Below are positions 23,858 to 37,169 of a stretch of DNA of 48,001 bases, piece after piece (the stretch's first letter is position 1; each line of letters opens with the position of its first letter). Position numbers and translations under genes: made by a program. Source of the DNA: Chromera velia. Lineage: Eukaryota. The notes under the pieces are model-generated. The model ran no database searches and was not told where the DNA came from. It saw only the letters and a list, made by a program, of their open reading frames with translations. The stretch covers positions 1-48,001 of the forward strand of contig JAHBMJ010000419.1 in NCBI GenBank assembly GCA_018398765.1. Reading direction: 5' to 3'.

Positions 23858-26580
23858 ATGCATACATATTAGACAGAGCGAGCAGGTGAGAGAGAGAGAG
23901 AAAGAGGATGAGAGCAAGACAGAGGGGATGTATAGATCAAGCATTATCAAGCCCTCAAAATTAACGACATACTTTTTGTGCTTTCCCCTTCGCCTCTTTC
24001 TAGCTTTGTTGTCTGATTGGTAGATCTGCTCAACTACCTCAGGAAGGCTCTGCTAGAAGCCCTCGTGATAGAAAAGACTCTCCTTTGACCCCCCAGACTC
24101 CCCACGATCGGACAGAGATCTGTTGACTGAGTAGGTCCACTGCTTTTAAAAATTCAGTAACAGAACTACAACACCTTTTCAAGACAACCCAACAGTGTTA
24201 TACAAGATACCCCGGCATATCCAGTCAGAGATTGCTCTGCTAGAAGCCACAGAGAAGACTATCGACAAGCCCTCCTCTATACAGAGCTTGAAGTCCGAGT
24301 CTGACTCCATGAACTCCGAGTCCGAACGTATACTATCCCAGGACCACTCCGACTATTGCAGCTCTGATGTAGGGGTGTTAATCTTTTTTGGAGGGTCTTG
24401 TTATGCCCTAATAAGACGGCCTTCGGCCGTCTTGTTTCTTTGTTATACCCCTAACAAGGCTAGTGACCGACCAGACAAAGTCTTGTTAGGTCTTAAAAAA
24501 AAAAATAAAGTTAAAAAAAAGATTTAGAAATGGAAAAAAAAAAATGTAAATATTACAAAGTTTTAAAAGGATTTTAAAATGTTTTATCAGTGTATAACAA
24601 TATGAATGTATCGCTGAAGGACTCGTGGTTCACATAGAATCTGAATGCTAGATCTGAATGTCCTCATAGTGTTGTGAGGGACTGCGTGGTACACATTCAA
24701 AAGAATTGTAAGGGAGAGGAAGGGCAGCAATTGGGCAGAGATACCCTGTTATTGGAAGAGGGGAAGAAGAAAAGCGAAAACGATACGATAATTCCGATTC
24801 TGGCTTTGATGAATGAACTAACTAATTTACATATAAAGTATTATAAATTAGTATACAGAAGTGTTAGTGATGACCCATCTTAGTTTAACCCTAACAAGCG
24901 GCCTTTGACCGCTTGATTTGATTGATTGATTGATTAATCTTTAGTACCGCTTGTCTAGGCTTTGTTATGTACCCTAACAAACATGATGAGCAGTCAGGGG
25001 AGGTTTGACGGGTAAATTGAGTCGATTGCGACGCTTCTTTGACAATCTTTGACAGTTCTGTCTTGTGCGTGAGTCACCTTGGTCATACGGAATGGGCGGA
25101 TAAAATGAAACATCCAGAAACATCAAAATATGTTTCTTTTCATTTCTGTCTTTCTCTGTGTTGCTCTGTATCTGGCGGTTTGCCTCCCCATTGGCCATCT
25201 TACTGAACAATTACTGCTGGCTGACTGGTTAGAGAGTGATTAAAAAGAAGAGATCAGTTCTAATCGACTGAAACGTATAAAAAGAATGAGTGTTTGGGTG
25301 GTTCTACTATGAGTGTCGAGTCGGACGGTTGTGGCTATGGACACCTCAGTCGGTCTACAGTGACTATCGGATCTAGTCGGATCGTCTTCAATCATATCAA
25401 TGATTCGATATTATTCGGCGTGATTGCGGTTCTAAAAAAAGAGAAAGTGCAGCGCTCCTATGATACTCCTGTGCCTGGTTATATGCCGGATACTGCTGGT
25501 ACATGGTTTTAAATAATTTTGTTCTTTGACTATTATAATTTACAAGTAGCAACGCAGCTTACAACACATTAACGTACACAATGCTGCAAATACAACCCTA
25601 TACATATGACTTACAATAGCGATATAACTTTTTTTTTCCAGTTTTCTTTTTAATATTTACCTAGTAATATTTACTGGTCAAAAACAAAAAATAGTGGGGA
25701 CCCTATAAAAATGAACCCGAAAACTAGTGGCTAAGCTTAATTTAAGTCTTTTGTTATAAAGGTCCGTCAGAAGATCGTGACCCCGTCATCACCCCGACCG
25801 TCAGACTTCGATCTGGGACTCGATAGTCTGACTAATAGTTATATAGTCTATGATATAGAGGACTATGCAAACAATGATTTGAAAAATAACGGTCAAAGCA
25901 GAGAGCTGTAATGACCCTACTAATGGGCTTAAAATTAAGGGTGGGGCAATATTTAGGCTAGCATCTAGGGTACCATGAGGTATTACTTGGGTTTCATATC
26001 AAAATATCCTAGCCCAAGTTAGCGAACGTCTTATGCTAAGTGCTCTTAGAACTGACGATGAATAGACATATAGCGAGAAGCGACCTAGTAAAAAAATGAT
26101 TCATCAATCATTGATCGATCAAACTCTTTCAAATTTTTGCTGATTTGCAGCAATTCTAGCACTAGACTAACAGTATATCCAACAGTGAATTCATTCAAAA
26201 TCTGGGACTACCAGTGTTCCTTTACAACTGTTGAAGAACAAATACTACTACTACTACTACTTCTATCCACGAACATCCACGTACTAACGCATCGACGAGG
26301 TTTTGGCGTCCTAGTTAGCGTCAAAATTGCATCATCTCACATCTTGTTCTCTGCATGGTGTCCTTTCTCGCTCTCTCTCTGTCTTCAGCTGTCTGCCTTG
26401 AGACATATGGAAGGTCAACTGATCGTAACAAAAAAGGGGGAGACGTGCAGTCGACCTACCGATCGATCGATCAGAGAAACAAGAGGGCTGGGAGGGATGG
26501 AGAGAGTAAGAAAATGAGTGAAGGAATGGATGGATGGCTCAAGACGACAGCCAGCCCCCGAAAAAAGGACAGAAAGGAAG

Positions 26581-27545
26581 TCAAGAACTTTCCTCAGGTT
26601 TCTCTGATGCCTTCTCCTCCTCCGCATCTATTGCGGAACTCCCACTGACTCCAGCCCCCCCACCCTTCTCCATGTCTGAATAACTTGCAGCCGCAGTCGA
26701 TCCAGACTTCAGGCTCGTCTCCCTCTTCTCCCCATCCTTATGCACCACCCCCTCAACGGTCTCATCTAATTGAGACACTCGTCTCTTCTCTGACTCCACT
26801 ACCGCACACGTCTGTTTCCAATACCACGCAATCTGTGCCAACAAAATTCCATTCATGAATGCCGCACTCCCATGGCCCCACAAAACAAGAGGATCCCCCA
26901 CAATCATCAGCGTTGTGTACAACCTCATCACATTCCCTACCTCCGTCAATCCTGTCGAGATCAAGGACAGCTGCCCTGTGTGACCTTGCCGAAAGTTTGC
27001 CCATATCTGGGGCAACCGGCCAATGATGCCGATCGGGGTGGGCAGAATACCAATCACGGGGATAAGTCTTGCAGGCACAGAACGTGTCAGCACAACAACT
27101 GCTGACGCCACTGCAATCGCTGCAGTAGCAGTTCTCCGCAAAGCGAGCCGAAACGCCTTCTGCTGTAATTGTGACTTGCTCACCCCCACCGGACTTATAT
27201 CTCCCCCTGCCGCTTTCGATGCTTCGTCTGCTGCATGGCGCAGTGGTCTGTCAAACCACCAATAGGCCAAAATAAGGAAAGACGACTGCACAGTGATGAC
27301 CGCCATTTCGCCCCAGGTCGAGAAAGGATGTCTCGCGAGGAAGTTGTAGGACGTGTACAGAGCACCTGCGAAGGCGTCAATCAACAGAGCCGACTCGGAG
27401 AGGCCGACCACGTTTCTCTGTTTGACCAGCACGAAGATCTGGGGAAGCTTCACGATCACAGACCCCATGAAGATCATGATGCTGAAAATGGACGACAGAG
27501 AGAGGTTGCTCACCAGAAACCCCAGCAAGGAGGATTTGTTCACCT
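26581..27545 (-). CDS. MPDU1: Mannose-P-dolichol utilization defect 1 (Lec35)-like PQ-loop membrane protein, main exon
   Basis: Two PQ loops (VKLPQI..GLS, RLPQIWANFRQGHTGQLS) and the family motif PFSTWGE; acceptor CTGCAG ends at 27546. 5' exon(s) lie upstream and are unresolved. Confidence 0.88.
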
Positions 27546-27687
27546 CTGCAGCCATAAGAAAAGAGGGCATAGGAAAAGAGGGAGATGGGCAACTAGACAC
27601 GCACATGAGCAGGCGCACACAGAAAAAAGAATGCAATGGGGTCCTCAGAGCGAGATAGGCCGCGTGCACGCACGCGCACGCACCCAC

Positions 27688-27691
<4 letters not shown>

Positions 27692-27725
<34 letters not shown>

Positions 27726-27759
27726 AGAGAGAGAAAAAGAGAGAGAGAGAGAGAGGCAG

Positions 27760-27793
<34 letters not shown>

Positions 27794-27918
27794 ACAGAGG
27801 GAGGGGGGGGGAGCGAAGTGCGTATTACTCACGCAGACCACACATCACAGACACCCACTCTCTCTCTCTCTCTCTCACACACACACGCTCTCTCTCTCTC
27901 ACACACACACGCTCTCTT

Positions 27919-27949
<31 letters not shown>

Positions 27950-27950
27950 G
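27692..27950. repeat. Compound CA/GA/CT microsatellites (likely intronic)
   Basis: Directly visible. Confidence 0.9.
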
Positions 27951-28711
27951 AGGAAAGCGTGTGTACGTATGCATGTATGTATCGAGAAGGTTGAGGGCCG
28001 CACGTCGTTTCGTCGTCTCTTCTTTCCCCCTGACAAACTGAAGACGGCAGAACAGACAAACGACACGCCGTCTTTCTCTCAGCAGCCAACAAAGTGCATT
28101 TGTTTTCTCTTTTTGTCACCACAAGACCAACCGCCACAGACAAGCGGAAAGAAAGGCTGAATTCCAGTTTCACATTTTCCGATTTTCTTCGCCTTTTCTC
28201 CTGACTCGCTGGGCGCAGAGCGGTAACACAGAATCTGACACGCAGAGTCGCAGAGCATCATCGGATGCAAGAATGCACCGACCGACAGACCATGTCGAAC
28301 GAACGGACAGACAGAAACGGACAGATGAAGACCGAAAGATGCGTAAACGGAAGAGAGTTCCTCGACACAAAAGAAAAACCGCTTCGATGAAAAAGAGGCA
28401 GGAAGGAAGTCCAGCGGGACTTTGAAAGAAGAAAAACTCTCTTTCTCGTTTCAGTCAGTCCATTCGCCCCGCAGATTCATTTCAACATCCATCCACCCAT
28501 CCGTCCATCCATCCATCCATCCATCCAAACTGACAGAGAACTCTGCACTCTGCCAAAAAAGGTCGGGGAAAGAACCGAACGTTTTCATTCTTTGCGGACA
28601 ACTGTTGAGACCAACGGCAGTCATATTGTTTCTCACTCGCTCTTCAATGGGTCTCGCACGTATATCGCCTGTCTGTCTGTCTGTCTGTGTCTGTCTGTCT
28701 GTCTGTTTCTC

Positions 28712-28712
28712 C

Positions 28713-28769
<57 letters not shown>

Positions 28770-28856
28770 ACGCACACGCACACGCACACGCACACGCACA
28801 CGCACGCACACACACACACACACACACACACGCACGCACACACACACACACACACA
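28712..28856. repeat. CT/CA/CACACG microsatellite
   Basis: Directly visible. Confidence 0.9.
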
Positions 28857-29224
28857 CCCTCCCTCACACATAGGCACGCAGAGACTCATGCAGAGGAACA
28901 GGCGCAAAGATGCCCGCCTACGCAGTCGCACGCGCAGTAACAAATAGACTGCCAGACAGAGGGATTCAACCACTCTTTTGTACACAACCGAAGAAGCAGG
29001 AGGATCCCTGAATGAATTGAATACCTCACGTCCCCTCTCCTCTTCTTGCGGATGGAAATCCCTTGAAGGATAGAAGCCAGTCAGACAGGACAGATGATGG
29101 CCAGTCAGCCAGTGAGCGCACACTTACGCACTCCCACTCAATCACTCAAAAGCAGACACGCGATGCACACGCTATGTCACGCGGACACGCACATGCAGAT
29201 GGACAGAAGATCCGTGACTGGCAC

Positions 29225-29533
29225 TTGTTGTATCCCCCCTTGATTTGTCCACTGACCTCCTTCTTTGGTTTCCGATGGGAGGGGCACAGTGAAGTCTCCA
29301 GCCATCGTGAGCGCGTCCTCCGAAGACTCAGTCCCTCCCTCGCCCTCTCCTTCGGCTTCTGCAGTCTCCAGAGTCCGCCTTCCACTAGACCAGAGGGCAC
29401 TCCTTCCACGCGACCTCCCACTTCTGTTACTAGTTGTGACTTCGGAGAGCAGGTGTGACCTTCTCAGCACGTACGGCTGCACACAGGACAAAAGAAGCAG
29501 CACGACGGCTGCCTGTCTGGACACACTCATCAT
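29225..29533 (-). CDS. Candidate first exon (signal-peptide-like), possibly of the MPDU1-like gene
   Basis: MMSVSRQAAVVLLLLSCVQP hydrophobic N-terminus followed by an Arg/Ser-rich stretch; same strand as and upstream of the PQ-loop exon. Confidence 0.35.
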
Positions 29534-31024
29534 GACCGTCTCCTCGAATGAAAAGTGAGTCCAGCCCCAAAAGAGAAGTGAAGAAGGTGCAGCAGAAACC
29601 AAACAGTCAACCCTTGAGAGAAAGTATTTGGGTCCTTCCTTGGTGTAAATGGTTTCATTCACACCAGACGTAATACGGTTTCGATCGCGAACTATACACG
29701 CACTGTGACGCACAAGCTCCGAAGATCTGCGTGGCCATGCATGCACTATGCAGAAGCCTGCTAGCAGCTACATGATTGTTCGGGCTACTCGCACGGAGTG
29801 GCCCGGAAAGCGCGTAGCTGAGGGGCACTTACAAAGAGTTGAGGTGGAAGCGCGCATACAAGTATATACGCTCGCCATCGCAGGAACTCACTTACCCGGC
29901 CGTGCGTTTCCACCTGCAGAAGCAACCGCCATGACGAACGTATAGACGGGCCATGCAACGCGCGACGTGCCATCCATGGAACACCTCACATTTTCTAGGT
30001 ATTTCTGGGTATTTTGCATCTTCCCCAATTAACATTTCTTACATTTTTATTCTAGATGGAATTATAATAAACATACAGATTTCCAATTAAAAAACTGATG
30101 TACGCAGTCTTACGCAATCTGATGCCCTGGAAATATGATTAAGGTTTTTGGAATATTGCTGAGAAGGCACTTAACACAATTCGAGTGCTTCGGAATCCAT
30201 ATTTAATTTCATTTTCTGCTGGTATAGCAGACTACTTGTCTGACTCCTCAGGCTAGAGGTTTGTTCCTTGGTGGAGTTCAGCAAGCGCAAAGTCTGTTCA
30301 GAGTTCGAGTTACTATGTCAAAATCTCAAAGTCCGGATGAAGGTTTCTCGTTCACTTTCTAGCTCTCTTTTGATTCATTTTCTCATCACTTTTTGAACTG
30401 ATAGAAAACGCCGAAAGTCAACATTTGCTGTTTTGGAGAGCAATTTCTGGAACGATCTTGATATACGTATTTATATACATACATGTTAGTCTTTTGCGCG
30501 TGTGTTTTTCGTTCTGTATCTGATCTACAAGTTGGTATTTAAGGACGTGTGTTTTAAGGTATTTAGTTTTCCCCATGTTTTTTCTGTTTTGTATTTGTTT
30601 TGCAGGCCTGTATTTACATACGTCTGTAAGTCCAAATCTTACTGTACAACACCAAAAAATCATTTTTTTTTCTTAACGTGGTCACTTTGTTTTCAGACAT
30701 GCCGACTCCTTTAATGTTCATGCGATCTTAAAAATACATGTAAGTTCGGGAGAATATATGTACATACGTCTCTAAATATATGTAACTTCTTGTTTGTCTC
30801 TAATGAACCAAGTTTACTTTTACTTCCAAACATATATGATAGTACAAAATATTAATCCTAGTATAAAAGTGTTCTTAACATTTCTTAACGTGATATGTAA
30901 GTGTGGCTTGGTATATACGTTCGTATGTGGCTTGGTATGTAGGTTGGTATATATGTGTCAGTCTATCTACCTTATATGTTTCATTGCAATACTTACCTTA
31001 ATTATTTCTTTTCTTTCTTTTTTC

Positions 31025-31063
<39 letters not shown>

Positions 31064-33899
31064 TAAAGCCTCTCATATGCAATTTCTTCTTTTCTTTTTT
31101 CTATTCTAGTTTCTTCTCATTTATTGTCATTGCAAATTAGTCAACACTAATTAATTATTTCAAATTTAATTATTTATGCTTCCCTGATATTACAAATTAT
31201 TGATGTAGGAGACCGTAACACATTCCCCCTTCTTATATGAGCGGTTCCACACGCTCATCTTTATTTTAATTCTATTTTTATTCCTAATTCCTACGCCGCT
31301 TTATCATATAGTATTACAAATACGTAACACATTCCCCCATACCTGCGTACAGGTATACTAAGATATATAAGGCCTGCTTATTACGACTTTGAAGGTTCTC
31401 TTCCCTTCCCAAAGTCGCTCACTTACTTAAACGATATTAAATTAACTGTATTGAGCCTGTGGTGTGGCCAAACCACAGCTTCTCTATGAATAACTTATTC
31501 CTTTGGCCATGCAACCCAAAAGAGCCTTGTCTGTCTCTTCACCAAGACTTGTGTACCAAAGGAAAGAAAGTGTGACTCCGTCATCCTGCAAGCCCTCATG
31601 AATCTGATGAATCTTTATGTAAGGAGTCAGTCAATGGAAAAGAGGCACAAAAGAGCCCTTATGATGCCCTCCTTCTTTCCTTCATGCTTGTGCATGCATG
31701 CATGTGTACATTAGACGAGAGGGAGAGAAGATCGACCCTTCGATTCGTATTCGATCATTCAATGCATTTCTTTTCTTGTCTCTTTCATGCAGTCCGATTT
31801 GTTGTCTGTCTGGTCGACCAGAACAGGGGTCCAGCGCTCCCGCTTTTTCTCTGATTGGAACTACTCGTCATACCATTTATGCATGGGGGTCATTGTTTGC
31901 ATTGCTTTTTTTCTTATTTCATTTTGCCCGTTTGTTCACTCATTGACAATTGTGTATCTGTCCAATACAGCAGACCCTTGTTCATTCCTTCCGTAAGCGT
32001 TCTCATCAGTTCTTATACGTGATGCATATGTATGTCCGCATACACTGTGACAGAGAGAGAAGAACAGGGAGCAACTTGAGGGAAGTCTGTAAGAGACAGA
32101 CAGATAGAGGGAACATTAACGAAATCATTGTGTCATTGTTGTGTCATTATCTTGCATCTGATGCTTATACAACCAGACGCTCATGTATATGCATACATCC
32201 CGATCACTCATCCTCTTTTGGAACATATGAAGGACTCTCATTCAAGCGCATGGAAGAGTCACAGTGAGGAAAGGGAAAGAGAAGGCCGTAGAGATATACA
32301 GACATGCATGTTATTTGATGAACGTACATTTAAACACATTTAGTCTCTAATGCTTAATACTACAGTCAGACGCACATCGACGTACATTCATGCATTGGTG
32401 AAAGAAAAAGAGTTGACAAAAGGGGGGGCTAGAGCCGCAAGTCTTAGATTGAAAGATGAAAAGGAGAGAGACTCATGTACATGCTTCCGTTTTCCTGATT
32501 TTCTGTCCTCACAAACATCCGCAACCCCCATTGACCTCCTTATTCTTCTTGCACGCCCCCGGGCGAAGGACGATATCCATAACAGGGCCCCGTGTTACTG
32601 CGGGTTGCCCCATTATGAGTCCCCTTTCGCTCTGAGGCAGCTGTCCAGATGTTGTCCAGGAGCTTGGCAGAGGGGAAAGCCGGCAGAAGAAGACAGTAAA
32701 TTGAGACCTTCCTGTTCAGTTTCTCAACACTAAACCCGTCATTCCACCAAGAGTAATCCTTTGATTTCAGATGAGTAGAGAGGTCTCAAAGCAAAGTCTC
32801 AAGAGTTTCTAAATTGTCAAATATCATATCGACTGCTGGGGCGTCCACTCTGATCTCTTGACGGGCCTCCCGAAGTGGTCCGTCCTCTCGGACTAACTTC
32901 TTACCCGCCTGGGGGAATGCGGAGAAGGACATTTGGTTATTCATTATCTCATCTGACTCTTTGGTATTATATGGGTATGAGTACATGACCCTTCACAGAC
33001 TTTTGTAGAAGGAAGCAACAGATGTGAAGCCTTCAAACTTTTCTGGAGACGGCAGAGATGGAAAAATTTTCGTGAAATTTTGTTCTCACAGATATCCCTA
33101 CATACCCGCAGGCAAAATCTGTGTGTATACTTTGCGGATGCATGCGTGCATGGTCCCCCAGCCCCCTGGCCCCCCGGCCCACTGCACACCGGCCGCCTTA
33201 TCCTGATATCGTGAATACATCTGTTGAACTTCCGATTTGCTTCGCCTATATGTATTCCCAACTGTTTTTACTCATACATTATGTGGCTGTGTGCTCCGCT
33301 TCTTTACCCGTTCTTTTCATTCCGCAGCTTTACTTGATGAGACGGGTTTCCTATCGGTTTACTGGTTATGGACGGGCCCTCCCATAAGTCAGTAAGCCGC
33401 AGTACTTACTTACCTAGATATCACCTTTATCTTTCTACTTATTACATACATTTTTAAGCTGGTCTTGCTTTTCAGAGGAAGCTTGTTTGTGTATACGATA
33501 TGGCGTTTCTTCCTGTTAAGCTTCTTACAGACTCCTATACATTGTTGCCTTGAATTCTCCATGGAGACTACCTATGTGCACGCTTGGCCATTAATATATG
33601 TATACATATATTTGGGTCTATATCTACCACTTATTTGCCTCATCGTTTCATATAGCTGAAACTTCTATATGTATGTTCTTGTCTGGCCAGACTTCGACTT
33701 CCAACAGCGTGGCCTCAACGTCCCTCGCCAATGTGCTGCTTTATCTGAGTCAATCATCCCATGACATTGTGTGATCGATCACATTTCTTTGTTCATACAT
33801 TGCCATGCAGGCTTCCCCTAACATGACTTAAATGTCTACGTATTGAGGATCTCAGGTCAGCATGGTCTTGGAGATTTTCTCTGCTTTTCAGCGAGGCTA

Positions 33900-34545
33900 A
33901 GTTCTTCCAAGCCCTCGCACTCAGTTTCTTTTCCTGTTTGACTATCTTAGGAGGGATCAGAACCTCACACCTGTCTCATGGAAGCAAAACCTCACACTCA
34001 CTTCCGGAGCCCTCACACTCAGTTTTTCTTTTCGTTCTTGTTTGCCTTGTTCATGCTTTCATGCGTAATGCATGAGAGATCAGGACCTCACACTTGTCTC
34101 ATGGAAGCAAGACCTCACACTCACTTCTGGAGCTCTCACACTCAGTTTTCTTTTCGTTCTTGTTTGCTTTATTCATGCTTTTATGCGTAATGCATGAGAG
34201 ATTAGGACCTCACACCTATCTCATGGAAGCAAGACCTCACACTCACTTCCGGATCCCTCACACTCAGTTTTTTATTGCTTTTTGGCTGTCTTGTTCATGC
34301 TTTTATGTGCGATCGCGCATGATGCATGAGAGATCAGGACCTCATACTTGTCTTACGGAAGCAAGACCTCTCACTCGCTTCCAGAGCCCTCACACTCAGT
34401 TGTTCTTTTTGTGTTTACTCTTTTATGTTTTCACGTGTGATGCATGAGAGACCAGGACCTCACGCCTATCTCATAGAAGCAAGACCTCTCACTTGCTTCT
34501 CGAGCCCTCACACTCAGTTGTTCCTTTATGTTTACTATTTGTCTT
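33900..34545. repeat. About 123-bp tandem array (5 units plus a partial one) in the retroelement 3' region
   Basis: CATGAGAGATCAGGACCTCACACTTGTCTCATGGAAGCAAGACCTCACACTCACTTC.. at about 33948, 34071, 34193, 34325 and 34443. Confidence 0.92.
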
Positions 34546-37169
34546 TTTTGTCAGAACAATCCTGTGGACGTGCCCATGTATGTGTAGATATATGTTTTTT
34601 GCCAGCCGAAATTTCGTTTTCTCTATCAATCTACTTGCCTCCCCCATTGTGCAATCCCCTCACTTTTTACGCTTTTCACTTGATTCTTCTGTCACTAACT
34701 TCCTTTCTGGCTGATTTCCAGGTTGACTACAAATTTATTCACACAAGAATAGCGTGACTGTAGGACCGAAACTTATGTGTACATCTGGCCCTCCATGTTG
34801 TTTGTATGTACAGAGTGAACCCGGACCTATACGTTCGGCGAGCATTGCAACGATCCGATGTAGACGGCTCGCTATTGCCAGTAAGAGGTTCTCAGTCACG
34901 CATACTAAGGCACAGATCTGATCACTCTTGCACCTTCAGGATGGGCTTGTGGAGGCCTGTATTTCATGTGTGAGATGGAGGAATGTGGCGGCTGATCCAA
35001 TGGAGACGGCATTCATGCGTATATGTGGAAACGATATAGAGACGTGACAAAACGATTCAACATAGACGGTCGGATAAGCTAAGCGGAAGGCCTCTACTCA
35101 AGTATTTTGAGGGGCATATCTGGTTAGTTTACTGCTTTCAAGATGGACGTGTGATAAGCAGTATTTCAGTAGTGAGGGCAGCTTTGTGTGGTACTAGAGA
35201 CGGCACTCGTTGGTGTAGAGACGGTGAAGTGTCATTCGAGACGAAGAGTGATACAACTTTAAAAGGAAGAATCCCAACCTTCGTACGATCTGCAGGGAGA
35301 TTCCATGCTCCCAGCACTGCTTCCCCTTTGTTGTCTGATCAAATGAAAAGCAGTTGAAATGAAATGACTTCAAGTAGATTGAAAAAATGATACGCATGCA
35401 CAGAAAGCGGTGTCCGTCTCCTCACTTTTCTTCCCGTCTTCTCTTCCCCATCCACTACGTCTGGCTTCTTGTAGCCACTCATGTTTTTCTTCCACCCTTC
35501 TTTTATTCAACCCTGCCTTCATGTTCTTTCCTTTCTTGCAGGCCATCACCAGTCCATCTTCGGATATGATCTTCCTCACTGTCTTCCCTTGATCGGGGCG
35601 TTCTCGAACTTCCTTAGCAATAAGCATCAGGCCGTCTACTCACTTAGGTGCGTCCTGTCTGCTACTTGCTCAGGGCGTTCGACCCGCTGTGCCTTGTCTT
35701 TTCAACATCGTTTTGCTTTTTCCTTCTTTTCATGCACAGACAGTTTGCTGTCTCTTTTCTCCCTAATCACTTGTTTATTGTTGCCTGTTTAGAAGGTGGT
35801 GGGTCCTCCGCTCACCTAGGCGTGTACCCACTGCCTTTCATGTAAGTTCTGACTGAGCTACATAACAGGAGAACAGCTTGGCTTTTCGAATTCCTTTTCA
35901 TGAATTGTGTTCTTTTTCTTCCATTTTCCTTCGCTCCTATGCATTTTCCCTACCCACTCCCGATTTCTGAGGTATAGAAAGTGGAAGTCCTTCGCTCACT
36001 TAGGCGTGGTCTTGTGCTTCTTATAGAAGAAAACAGGCCCCTTCCCTTCCTTGTTCCTAATTACTTCGAGCACGATTTCATAGATATGCATGCAGTCACT
36101 CATGCAGCCCCTTCATTCCTTTCCATCACTTATGGCGATTTGCAGCTGCCAGTGGATTTGCCAACTTGACCGCAGAGGATAGTGAGCTGGCGTGGAGCAG
36201 ACAGGCATGGGCGATAGAAGGAAATAGCAGTATTTGTCCATGAAGTAAGCGAAAAGAAGAAAAAACAATCAGAAGAGAAAAAGGGAGAGAAACATGCCTA
36301 CGACCAATCAAAAGAAGGAGAAACATCAGCGACTGTAGAATGGTTGAGAGAGAGAAAGGTTTGAAGAAGAACAAGAGAGAGAGAGAGATCCACGCATGCC
36401 CCATCTGTCCCGTCACCTCTTTTCTTCCCCTTTGTTGGCTGATTCGCATTCATATGCATTATCCCCTCCGTTTATGCATTTCCTCATTGAACGGCATGTA
36501 CACTCAAAGTATTGCTGCCTTGTCTCTTGCTTCAGTCATTCATTTATTCGGTTGCTCATACCTCATATGTTCATTTATGCTCATGTATTTGAGTTTGGCG
36601 TAATCATGAAGACACTTCCGACAAGGCAGCATGGTTCTACTCTGCTCTGCTTCGCTTTGCTTGTTGCTGATGGCATGGATAGTTATGAACACGCTTACCC
36701 ACCGCATCATGCATCTGGCAATAGTCGACATTACTGATAGCCGTGACAGCTGGTTTACTGCTGCTCCTTTGACTGTTCCAATCAAGAATCAATTTACCCA
36801 GTGCATGCAAGGGAGACACGTCGGAGACTGAAAGCTCGTATGCAAAGACAAGTCACGTAGCAGTTTGATCCTATTATATAAACAAGAGAGGATACTGAAA
36901 AGAGAACGAGACGATCGAACAAAAAGAGATCAATTGCTAAAGAGAGTGAATGATGAAGAGCCAGAAAAAAAAAACTGCACAGTGTATTCCCAATCCTTCT
37001 GCTGAGCCCCCTTCCTTTGTCGCAGAAATGCCTCTTACCTCCCCCTTCCATTTTCATATGCTGTCTTGCTGCTTCGTTTGCCTTTCACACTCCCTTCCAC
37101 CATTTTCTTTGTATTGCAGATTCACTGTGCCTGCTCACGTACTGGCATGTTTTCATTCCCTGTCCTGTG

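Noticed and set aside
29735..29747. TGCATGCA-type motifs as specific promoter sites
   Set aside because: They also occur in introns and retroelement sequence throughout the window, so no single site can be supported
33900..34545. CRISPR array or hammerhead ribozyme array
   Set aside because: Inter-repeat parts are homologous rather than unique spacers, there are no cas genes, the context is eukaryotic, and no CUGANGA/GAAA core was found in the unit checked
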